NCBI GenBank assembly: GCA_002633005.1
Contig: NMRA01000018.1
Span: forward strand, 242,291 to 306,290
Direction: 5' to 3'
DNA: 64,000 nucleotides
DNA from: Phoronis australis
Taxonomy: Eukaryota > Animalia > Phoronida
Position 1 is the first letter of the stretch; each line of letters begins with the position of its first letter. The translations under genes and the position numbers were made by a program. Positions 53,496-64,000 of this stretch are shown piece after piece. The notes under the pieces are model-generated. The model saw nothing but the letters and a program-made list of their open reading frames with translations, did not search any database and had not been told where the DNA came from.

Positions 53496-54239
53496 CTGTA
53501 AACAAGAGCAATGCAACACCTCGAAATGCATCCACAACTGCACCGCAAACAGTGTGCTTTTGGGGGCGTTTACTCGTATCACAAAAATGGCTACTAAATG
53601 AAACCCAATATATCAAACCCATCCTCATTAGGATGGCATTGTTGTCTTCCAATTCTGTGAAAATGCCTTTGTTTATCTACGCGTTTAGAAAGATATGGTT
53701 ATATGGACAGCAATATAGATTTTGTCCTATCAGAATTTCATTGACAGTGACGTTTAAAATTGTCACTCCGCAATTAACAATATGATGACTATGAACTATC
53801 ACGAAGGAACTGCGGTGTGAACAATATCTGTACTGTTTAGACCCCAATCTGAGGAAAACATTTGCTCTACTTAGGTGCTCAATACACAAGCTTTATATTG
53901 AAGCAGGTTGGCATGCAGGTCTACCCAAGAGATAAAGAAGTTGTGACATACATGTGCACAACACTGGTCAGACTGAAAACAAGCTTCATTTTATGTGTCA
54001 TTGCCTTGTCCTGGGTGATGTGAGCCAAAAGTTGCTGACAAAACTGATAGCCACGAACCTTGCGAACTAAAAAGCCTTCAAGAACAACGGCGAAAAGAGC
54101 TGAGCTTTTCTCCTTGTAATTAACTGTTGTGTTGTAAATTGTATGATGAGACAAAGCTCTACTTAAAATAAACATTTCTGACTCTGATAACTATAAAAAA
54201 CTATGAGTCAAAATTTTATGAAAAAACGTAGCTCAAGGA

Positions 54240-54825
54240 ACTCCAGAGATATAGAACTCCAAAGATACAGAGACAAATGCAAAAAAAAAAATCAAATTGC
54301 CATCAGGATGCACAAAGGTTGTCAAATTCGTCCCAAAAAGTCGTCATCTGTTGACAAGTTCCCAAGAATCCACTTGCCCTATTTCACAAAGATCTTCCAA
54401 AGGGTTTAGGAGACAAAATTGTCACTAAAGGGTGTCAGTTAAGTCAGACCTCTCCGAAAATCAACTTCAGTTGTGCTCTCATCAGTAAGAACATATTCGC
54501 GAATTTTCAATATGATCCTCTGAGTACTTTGGCAAATAAGAGGTGCACTTGAATAAAATAAAAATAGCCATTGGGTAGTGCAGAATTCATCAAATCTCCA
54601 TGATAGAAACCAACATTTGATAAATTTAATCAAAATTCATCCCACATGTGTACACAGTGCATACCAACGAGTATTCAGATTGTTGTACTACTGCACAGGT
54701 TTACTAAAATGACCCAGATATCCCATTATGACAGATGGGTGGAAGATGAATAAATTCATCATCACTACACACTTCTCTGAGGGAGTCTATGGTTTCCAAA
54801 TGATGAATGGAGAGGGTGCCGGCCT
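54240..54825 (+). mobile_element. Possible decayed Penelope-like retroelement fragment
   Basis: Frameshifted peptides in the expected order (IHLPY, YFGK, LRES, MNGEGAG) resemble the PLE RT-end/GIY-YIG layout; recognised by eye only. Confidence 0.35.
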
Positions 54826-54969
54826 GCCTCCAGTTCAGTAACGCTAGGACCTCACTAAAAAGCAAGACTTCGCGAGATTACGTGAGATATTGCCGTGCAT
54901 TTTAAATGAGAGCACGTGACTTTGACTAGGTTTTAGCTAGGTCCTAGCGTCTACTGAACGCACGCCTGG
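54826..54969. mobile_element. MITE family A, copy 3
   Basis: Near-identical to 6748-6891, with inverted ends. Confidence 0.75.
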
Positions 54970-55299
54970 TCGTGGTGGATCCAGAACACAAGGACAGCAT
55001 TGTTGAAAGCAAATTCCATGACACAGGGTAATGTTTGCTGAATTGAAAACTTCAGGATGCTAGGAGTAAGGAGTGTTGTTGATATCTGTTGCCAAGAGGC
55101 TCACACGCTGGAGACAACGGGTCAAAGAGGCGAACTATCAACATCAGATCAGGACATCAAGCAGTGGGAGCTTCCGGAACGGCTCGAACCACGCGAATCT
55201 GGAGGTAATTTACACCAGAAAGCTTACTGTTCAAATTCAAGAAGTTCACAAATTACACTAGTCCTCAACGACACAATTGAACATTATTAGTACCTCAAG

Positions 55300-55850
55300 A
55301 TTTTCTTAATTCACGCGCGAACATTCCCAGTTAAGCCACCCCTCCGACTCAATCTCCGAAAGATCGGAGGTACACTTAGACTGTAGCCGCGGCCAACTAG
55401 AAATTAAACTGTCGAGGTATGTCAGGTTTGACGTTGATGCACGCGTGTGAGTTTCAATTAAGTTTACGATATTTGATTTGCTTATACCTGTAAACATGTT
55501 TTGAATGTAAAAAGCTCATTATTTCGGCTGTAGATTTACTTGTTTTCAAAATGGCGGCGCCCAGCGACTGAGTGCACAGAGGACTGAGAGGTCTGAGGTC
55601 TGCTACGTCACGGACTTTAGGTAGCCGTCAAACAAACAATCCAAAATTTCAAAAAATCGGACAGATGGGCCCGCCTATGGAACCACTTTCGTGGAGTCTG
55701 GAGGAAATTTATTCACAGAATGTTGTAACTTATGTCGAGCATGCCATTAGCAGGGAAATGTTGACTGTTTAGTGTTGTTCCGAATTGTTACTGTTAGTTT
55801 CCGGTTCGGACTTTGTCTTTGGTGTGACGTAAGGTCGTATAATATAACGT
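55300..55850. promoter_or_regulatory. Probable bidirectional promoter (TRAPPC11 / transposase-derived gene)
   Basis: Locally CpG-richer; YY1-type CAAAATGGCGGC at 55546-55557, CRE-like TACGTCA (~55604) and TGACGTAA (~55825), ETS-like TTCCGG (~55799); lies between two divergent genes. Confidence 0.55.
55488..55560 (-). other. TRAPPC11: Candidate non-coding first exon of TRAPPC11
   Basis: The start ATG sits directly after an acceptor, so an upstream exon is required. There is a CAG|gtataa donor at 55487 next to a GCCGCCATTTTG motif. The exact exon is inference. Confidence 0.4.
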
Positions 55851-56005
55851 GTGTAAAGCCTGTCGAAATTGCTTGTCAAATGACCATTGGCTCTTGAATC
55901 ATGGCCAAATCTTTTAGACTCTTGATTCTCCAGCAGTCATTCCGAGTTCGATAACTGCTGTCGGCATGTGGATTTTAACTATTGTGCAGAACCATGTAGC
56001 CAGGC

Positions 56006-56435
56006 CTACTAATACTGGGATTTTCCATAGATGAACGCACCTGATGAAATGCCCATAGGCATTTATTTGGTGTTACAACTTCTGGTGTCAAGTTTCCTAA
56101 TAGTGGTGTTACAACTTCTTGTACTGTCAAGTTTCCTAATAGTGGGTGTTTATTCAAAAAATTTCCTCTTAAAAGCCCCCTCAGCGTCAACTTTTTGTCA
56201 CAATTTCACTAGTTTGTATCATTTATAAAAACAAACAAGTTGGCAAACTATGCATTTGTTAACAAGATTTAGAAATTAAATAAAAATGTCTACGTCAGCA
56301 AAACTATGACTTTCCGTTTAAAAGCCCCCATTTTCCGAATAAACGCCTGAACGTTTATTTGGTGACACTAAATGCCTGAAAATTTTCATTTTCCGAAGAC
56401 ACACCCATGGGCTTATCTATGGTAAATCCCATTAG
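56006..56435. mobile_element. MITE family B, copy 1 (sibling at 61223-61585)
   Basis: TACTGGGATTTTCCATAGAT ... ATCTATGGTAAATCCCATTA inverted ends; colinear similarity to 61223-61585; internal 30-bp tandem duplication. Confidence 0.7.
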
Positions 56436-57944
56436 GAATCTGCGTGAGGTATGAATTTTACTGTATCGCACATGACAATGTAGTAATTGTAACAATCTCG
56501 ATGGGGCTGATATCAAAATCTTTTTAAACAGGTTAAAATGAAACAAGTCTGTACTGTCTCATATCCCCTGTCAGAAATATGTTTTTTCAGTTACACTCTT
56601 AAACACATCAGTTATGACTGCGCACAAAGTGGTAGAGGCCCTAGTTATTGAGACCCTGAACTGAAGGAGAATGTTACCTTTTTGAAGGTGCTTTTGGTCA
56701 TTCTGGCACATTTTGCTTATTGTACTGTTATTACTTGTTTTTGTCGAATGAAGCTCAATCATTGATTCATCTGCCTCGTTATTTTGCTGTTCTAGGCTGA
56801 TAGCCCTCGTGTTTCCTTTACCAACCGATAAGTAACGCTGGGAGCTGGCAATAACTTTTGAATGAAAATATACTGAAAACCATGGAGCTCAAAAAGTTCA
56901 GACTTAGCTATCAATAAACTATGTCTTTTTTAGATCTTCCTTTAATTGTATGCTTCGTTTACAAATTTAGGCTGTTCAACACTCGACATTTTGCTGTAAA
57001 TTTAGTTGAGACAATACCAATCTTGAATGGACTAAAGATGGTACATAGTTAACTGGCTAAGATATGAGTTAACTGGAAGAATGTATGCAGAATCAACTGC
57101 CAGCTTAATGAGCAGATAATCATTTTGTGCCACTTTCTACATTCTGGATTAGACTACTCGTATCCTACAAATCTATGCTCTGGAATGTGTCTGCATCGAC
57201 TTTCACTCTCCATAGATAGACCAATAGTAAGAGGAGAATACTGGCTTAAAAGGAAAAAATGTCAAATTCTTTAGAGGTCTCATTATTCCTCTTTTCAGCC
57301 ATTGACCAGCACACAACTAGAGAAATATTTTCTTGTTAAATATCATAGTGTTCGTGAATACTTCATAGAGCATACTAATAATGTGGTGTTTTGTCATATT
57401 GATGAGTTTGTTAGTTCTTCAAATCCTCTCCTGTATAATAATTGCAAGCATTGGGCAAATAGTCATTTTCTGATACAGTGGCGATACGCCTTGTTGCTTA
57501 ATGGCGGTAGAGTAGTCGGTAGACAGCTTTCAGTACTCTAAAAGTAGGTTTGATTCAGTGAGGTTTCCCACCGTTATTCATGTACTAACTTAAAGTTCTT
57601 TGCGACCATAATGCCGTCAAATTGCCACTGCTGTACTTTGAGATATTCTTATGGTTTACATGAAAAATGTCTGTTTTAAAAGCTCTTTAGCAAAAGAAAT
57701 CGCATTTAGTCACTCTCAACTCTTGCACAATTAGAGATTGGATCAAGCGAATTACAGTTTCATGCTCTAATAACAGTAGAGTTGTATGTTGGATGCTCCC
57801 TATTGAAATTCGGGCAATTTCTTGACTTGTGTTGAGGCTAATAAATTTTTCTGTTGGATACACCTGATACAAATCGTTGCACCTGAATGTTTGGTTGAAT
57901 CTTGTTGCAGTCTTAAAAGAAGATTATCACTGAGGTCAAGCGAG

Positions 57945-57964
57945 ATGAAGTTTTCGAGCTATTG
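57945..57964 (+). CDS. Transposase-derived gene, coding exon 1 (exon starts 57911)
   Basis: gttgcag| acceptor at 57910; ATG 57945 MKFSSY(W); donor TG|gtaggt; supplies the conserved Trp of the winged helix. Confidence 0.55.
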
Positions 57965-60900
57965 GTAGGTTATGTTTTATTCAGTATAAGTGCAATATTA
58001 TGACCAGGAGTACACCACATTTGCCAGAAATGCACTTAGGAAGTAAAAAGAATGCATTTTCTTCAAGCATACTAGAATGGTTCATTTTAGAAAAATGTGT
58101 AAATTGGTCAATTGACACACAGGGCCTCAAATCTATGGGTCAGTTTTGAAGATCTATGGATCAGTTTTGAAGACCTGCGGGTCGTCGATTTTGTTTGTTC
58201 TTGCATTTCTGTGATTTCTTTCATTTTTTGCATGCTTTAGCTTTGTGTTTGCTTGTGTTTAACACACTTTTCTTTTTATATAATTTGTAAAATCCTAACC
58301 ATTAGCCCTTTGTTTCTATACATTACAATTTAATCACAAGGTACTAAGTCATGTTTTGTGGACTTTTTAAATATAACATACGTATATTAATTTTCAAAAA
58401 TGGGCAGGTTTTCCCATTACCCAGGGTTAGTACAGGGGTGCACAGCCAGATAGGCATGTTAGCTTAACAAGTCCAACAAAGCCATTGATATAATAAATAA
58501 ATATAAATAATTGCAGGCAGTCTGTTACACGTTGTACCAGTTGTGTGCAGGCTGCTCGGATTGGCCCATTTCACCATTCACCGATCACCCGGAACCATTT
58601 TTATGCTTTATTAATTTTTAGTTAAAACCAAGCGGAAGAGCTAGAGACCTGGCTCAAAGGTCTAGCAGTGTGCTCCAGTGGGTCTCGTACCCACGACCTT
58701 CAGTAAAGGAAGCCGACACTTATCCCACTAGGTCACACTGCCTCCTCGTATTTATAATTAAGAGAGAATATTTCAATAGTACCACCCTCGCCCCATACGT
58801 GTTGTTTATTGGCTAACCCTAGCTACGTAACGGGTACATGTTGTTTTCTAGTCGCTGGTTCAAGAATTCGACAAGATGACAAGAGAACTTCAGTTATAGT
58901 GTTTTTTAATCATCCAAGAATGGAACACCTGCCCCCGTCTGTCACATGTCACATTCGGCTACCTTCACCTCCAGGCCAATGAGCAGTGCCCACGAATGCT
59001 TGATAAAAGGAGGCCTTATAATATTTGGAAACCTGGAGTTTATTGGAGATGCATACAGCGTAGTATCCGGTGTTTTATTCAAAACTGGCATCCATGAGAA
59101 GCTCAATGGTTATCGTTATGATTAAAAAGTTTCAAATGGAGTACAATTTCCCAGTTACACTGTTGGCTCTGCTGGGCAAGATGGTGTAGGACACTAATGT
59201 ATTTCACAGAATATTTCTTCAATTTCTAACACTGACAATAATTTACTGGCAAATGAACTCTGGTGACACGCACGCGCTCGCTTACTCTATGCAGACGAAC
59301 TTCAAAACAAACGTCACGTGACAACAACATGTGTGTTCGTCCAGAAATTTTTGTCGTGTTTCCAATCATGCATGTAGATGGCACGATGTAGCACAGATTG
59401 TACTTAAACCTGCCGTTAATCCCGACTCCACGGGAACTTAAAAATCTTAGGGGCGCTACTTGGAAAACTTCAGGAGGATTTCAGGTAATTTGCTTGTCGA
59501 AACTGTATTTTTATTCAAGAATTCAAGTCGTCATATCGACGATTGCGAGGCAGTCAGTCGGCGAGTTTTTGCCCTGGGATTTCAGCACAATTTTCTGTAA
59601 AATGCTGGCAATGCACCACAATTTTGTAGTAAGTCTTTCATAGGTTACAGATACGTCCCAGAGCGTAAATGTGATGAATCTTAGCTTCCGATTTCATCCG
59701 TTGGAGACCGGCTTTCAACGGCCTTGGGTTATAATAAGCGCACCACCCCTGAAATGAACTTTTCTAAGCGCCCTGGGTGGTTATTACGGCGAATACGGTA
59801 TGTTAATTTTAATTGTGTTCATGACACTTTTTCTGTCCTTTTCCTATTCAAAGTCTTTCTTCTGTATCATCTTTCACTCTTGTGGTTTTGTCTGATATTT
59901 CAGTTTGGGGCTAGTGATTGCCAACACAATTTTAATGTGCCGGTTGACCTGAGGTGAGCAAAGATAATGAATTTTTTGCGCCAAAAACGTGGGAAATGGC
60001 CCTAAAATATCCCAACTGGACTAATAATGAAATAACCGTACTCCTGGATTGACTACAATTATTGACTTTAATTGTGATTTTTACAGGATATTAAACAACT
60101 TTGAAAAATGTGCCAACCCGGAAGAGCATGTCCTAGTTTATTTGGTATATTCGGCATATTCCAAGTTTTGTAATCAAGTAGGAGAAAAGCCGCTCTCCGC
60201 TTTTGCCTTCAAACATTATGTGTGCCACCTTATGGGATGTCGTTGCAAATTTGTCATAAGGAATGGAAAACGACGAAGTGTTTTCATGGAGATCTCGCGC
60301 CGCTGCCACCGTGATGCCCCTGTCATGGAAACCACCCACCAGGTTGCCGAGTTCTTGCAGTCAAGCGAAGAAGTCAAGGCTGTATTGCAAGTGACTGACT
60401 GTAGTGAGAAAACAGTGTACTGTAAACTGAAGGAATACAGCTTAAATGTTACCATATCCACAGACGAAGTGGAACTGACATTGGATGGCCACAAAGTAGA
60501 CATGAACAATCTTTACTTTCCCCACACATTTGAATGGAGTGCACCCAATTTCATAACATTCACAAGATTATTGACCAGGTAATCATTAGTATAAAAATTT
60601 CCATGCTCTCAGTCTGGTAGCGGCTGACCTGAGGTCAGGTGGCACACGTGATACATAAAAGTTGGATGAGTGTTGTGGTACGTGAAGTCCGGGTATGACG
60701 TAGAGTTGAATATAGCCTTTCCAATTCACTTGCCTGTAGGCAATTGCCTCTTGGCTATATGTTTTGGATGCTCTATTCTTGTTACCCTCCGTTGACGTGT
60801 GGATATTTTTACACGGGGCAGAAAGTCTTTGTAATCTGGATAGTGAGGAAGTGACGTTAAATGGATATCATTTTTCAATTTTTTGATATTATTCAGGTCA

Positions 60901-63440
60901 CCTTTTCAACATTTTGATATAAATTTAGAGTGTCATAGATTAAGTAGCTATCAAAATTGGATGGGAGATCACTACCTTTGCTTGATATAAGTTTTGGTTT
61001 GATCTTTGTGGGATGTGATTTTATAAGTCAATTGACAGAAAGATTGTGTATGATTTGGGCAGATTTTCGAGATGAGGTATAAGTATGGGTCATGTTTTAA
61101 GCCCTCAATCAGCTGGTATTGAAATGTGACATAATTCTAAATCTAGGTATGTACCGCGACTTTTCATTTATAAGCCTACCCGATGATGCAATTCAGAAAA
61201 TTATACTGAATAAACACTCATGAGCGTTTATTTGGTGTTACAACCTCTGGGGTCAAGTGTCCAGATAGTGGGACGTTTTTTCACAACATTTTGTTTAAAA
61301 GCCCACTCAGCATCAACTTTTAGTCACAAATTCATTTGCGGAGCATTAATCATTTATAAAAACAAAGTGTTGGTGAACTATGCATTTATCAACATAAAAT
61401 TTGAAAAACACAGTTTCAAGTAAAAAATTTCAAAGTCAGGAAACCTCTAACTTTCCTTTTACACGCCCTCTTTTTCTGTATTAATGCCCGGGTGTTTTAT
61501 TTGGTGTTACTAAAACGCCTGAAAATTTTCATTTTCCGAATACATGCCCATGGGCTTAGCTATGGTAAGTCCCAGTAATAGTAAACATGGGTTACGTTTT
61601 TCATTGTTTCAGGTATAAATATTGTCTCAGATTTATAAGACTGGATACTACCCCATGTCTTAAAAACACGAGTGCCACTGGGACTTTAATTTCCTGAGAA
61701 TAAGTATGCTAGGAATTACCAAATTAAAAATCATGCCACAACAAAAATCATAGCTGAGGAGCCAACCTATATTAATATAATCTATGAATATTACCCAAAA
61801 AGTTGTAATGTTGCAATTATTAACTAACAAATCATTACTTTTCGTTAGGTTAAAGTTCTGTGAAGGATGGTTACTGAAAAGAAACAGTTTATCATTGAAG
61901 CCAGGCAACATCATATTTGTCCCGACCCTCGAAGGACTTCGGGCATATCATATGTCTTGTGACAAGGTTGTAAACTTCTGCAGACAAAAGATATGTTGTC
62001 CATGTGCAGCAGAGCACTACAGGCAAAATGCTAAACCTAGATCAGTAAGTAAATAGCACAAACCCCAGAGGACATTATTTTTTTTTTCGTTGTGAGAATC
62101 CCCAATGCATTTTGGAAATGATTGATTTTAGCTTATAGGGTTTTGTAAAATGAAAGTATTGGGACTGCGGTAATTTGCATGTCTGTGTTATAACACCACA
62201 AACTGTAGGCTACCTCTGAAACTACCCCCCCCCCACATCCAGGATAGGTTTTGCAATGTCGGAAGCCTTTCAAAAATTCTCCTTAATCTGAAGTTGGTGG
62301 GGTTTAACCGTCATTTACAGTTCTCTGCTTTTTGATGGTTGGTTAAAGATTTTTTCAGACTATATGTTTGAAATCTTGAAACAGCATCTTGTCAAGCTTA
62401 ATTGAAGGTTAATTACAGGAATTCAAAAGTGTTTTTAAGTTTGTGTCAGGATTCAAATAACTTCCTTTAACATCTGCTACAATTCCACTTGTCCCAATGC
62501 CCCCTCCATGTCGTCATTGGACAAAGATAAACAATAAATAGACATATTTCTTATGAAAACATATGTTTAGATTGTTCTGTTAAGTATTTGTTGCGGTAAC
62601 TTAAAAGTGTTTTTTATTGAACTTCTCACTGTTAAAATATACAATCAAAACGTTTTTGCAAAGTGTCTGTTTGCAAACTAAATACATTCTGAATTCCCAA
62701 GCAAAGTACAAGACAGTGTTCCTACATCAGGAGAGATCTGGTTTGCTGACTGAAACTTATATAGTGTAAAGCAAGTCTGTTTTGGACAGTGTGATGCGGT
62801 TTTGTCAAAGAATGGAAATTCTTCATCCTTAGATTAGCTATGTCTCGTATGCGACTAATTCTTGTGCCGGTTTGACCAGGTTTAAACACATCTACTGTGT
62901 CCACTACTGCTTTGTTTATAATGCTAGTTCTGAATAAGTGATTTAGATCAGTTTGTGCAGCTGAACATATATTTTGGGAGTGCTTGTGCACTTGCCACTC
63001 GAGGCGTTTCCGATTTTGAGAACCAGTTTGATGCCTGGTGAAGGAAACTGGTTCTTAAAATTGGGAATCCCAAAACATGTGAGCGTTTCCATTTCTTATA
63101 TTTCAGGCTGTTAAAAATGGTGAGAATCCAGGCACGTCACAGAACCAAACTCCAAAAAAGCTGGACAAAAAAATTCGGACAACAGAGGCACCAGAAATGG
63201 CTCTCTGCAAAGCTTTTCCAAATTTGACATCAGAAGTGAAGTCGCTTATGAGGGAGACAACAATAAATTCTCAGAAGACCCCTAAGTGTCGCCGGTGGTC
63301 CAAGAATGCAGTGATGTTAGCGAGGAGTCTCTGGTTGAGTTCTCCACAGGCTTACAAGGACCTTATGGACAGACATGTTTTGGTTTTGCCGTCTGTTAGC
63401 CTATTACGTTTACACAAGAATTGCACAAAACAGTTGACAG
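57945..63440 (+). CDS. Spliced P-element/THAP9-type transposase-derived protein with N-terminal RFX/D5-like winged helix (3' end unresolved); join(57945..57964,60087..60578,61849..62044,63107..63440)
   Basis: Four exons with matching phases (2,2,0) and GT-AG sites give about 347 stop-free codons. The last exon has RRW...LWLSSPQAYKDL...LVLPSVSLL, typical of P-type transposase N-termini. Exon 3 has a C-x-G...C...CxxC cluster. Exon 2 starts WILNNFE...VYSAYSKFC...GEKPLSAFAF. Confidence 0.72.
58675..58745 (-). mobile_element. tRNA-derived SINE head (degenerate)
   Basis: Minus strand GGCAGTGTGACCTAGTGG...GGTCGTGGGTACGAGACCC carries A-/B-box-like elements. Confidence 0.5.
60087..60578 (+). CDS. Transposase-derived gene, coding exon 2 (winged-helix region)
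   Basis: 492-nt open exon, tttacag| ... AG|gtaatc; longest N-free ORF in the track. Confidence 0.82.
61223..61585. mobile_element. MITE family B, copy 2
   Basis: Shares TTTATTTGGTGTTACAAC, CCTGAAAATTTTCATTTTCCGAA and CCCATGGGCTTA.CTATGGTAA.TCCCA with copy 1. Confidence 0.7.
61849..62044 (+). CDS. Transposase-derived gene, coding exon 3 (Cys cluster)
   Basis: cgttag|(R)LKFCEGW...HMSCDKV...CCPCA...KPRS|gtaagt. Confidence 0.78.
63107..63440 (+). CDS. Transposase-derived gene, coding exon 4 (P-element transposase N-terminal helical motif)
   Basis: tttcag|AVKNGENP...RRWSKNAVMLARSLWLSSPQAYKDLMDRHVLVLPSVSLLRLHKNCTKQLT(G)|gtgaaa. Confidence 0.82.
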
Positions 63441-64000
63441 GTGAAAGCCACCAACAAATAGGCCAGGATTCTAATCATCAGACTTGAGCTTGAACTGCGA
63501 ATTATCTTTTGACGTTTTCTTTTCTACTTTAGTCCCAACTCGTCATCATTACTCATTCTTGTGTGCTTGAGTGCATTATGGTTACACAGATGAGTTTCCA
63601 GGTCAACTACGCACTTGATGACCTCCAAATTCCCGTCACAAATTCTACTTTGTAATGCAAAATTTTGTGTTCACACTCTTTTTTTGCTCTTAATGGTGGA
63701 GTCATCAAGTTAGTGTGGAATTTGTATTATACCTTCATCCACTGAAACCAGAGTGTACTGGAGCATAGAATAATCAACAGTTTTCTTATGTTTGTACTGT
63801 CAAAGTGGAACAGAATATATCAAAAGTAATTTGGAGTTTTGAGATTAGACCCTGGGCAATGGAGTGAATGGTAAACTTTGCAGAGGAAGGTATCATCTGC
63901 CCTTAAATGTGTGGAGGACTGATTTTGGACGAGGTTTTAGCAGTGCAGACTTGCGACTTTTTAGTGCTTTTCAGGAAGTCAAGCTTAATCAATTTCCATT

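Noticed and set aside
55550-55570. ATGGCGGCG as the start codon of the + strand gene
   Set aside because: The frame stops after 6 codons; it is better explained as a YY1-type promoter motif.

Overview
AT-rich, intron-rich animal genomic DNA from a draft scaffold (gaps at 10833-11624 and 18654-18913, single Ns at 9332 and 45724). An invertebrate deuterostome source is my inference. The supplied ORF track mostly misses the real genes because they are spliced. Three genes can be rebuilt by hand with phase-consistent GT-AG junctions. (1) A 4-exon intracellular lipid-binding protein (FABP/CRABP-like, 146 aa, + strand, 2264-22604) with a 16.7-kb intron 1. (2) TRAPPC11 (28 coding exons, 1116 aa, - strand, 53495-26284), convergent with gene 1. 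(3) Head-to-head with TRAPPC11, a spliced + strand gene (57945->63440+, probably running out of the window) joining an RFX/D5-like winged-helix, a Cys cluster and the N-terminal helical motif of P-element/THAP9-type transposases, with no recognisable THAP domain. Gene 3 is the most novel-looking element. Introns carry many small MITEs (hAT with an 8-bp TSD, Harbinger-like, Tc2/pogo-like), SINE/LINE/Penelope remnants and mini/microsatellites. No CRISPR, rRNA or intact tRNA genes were found.
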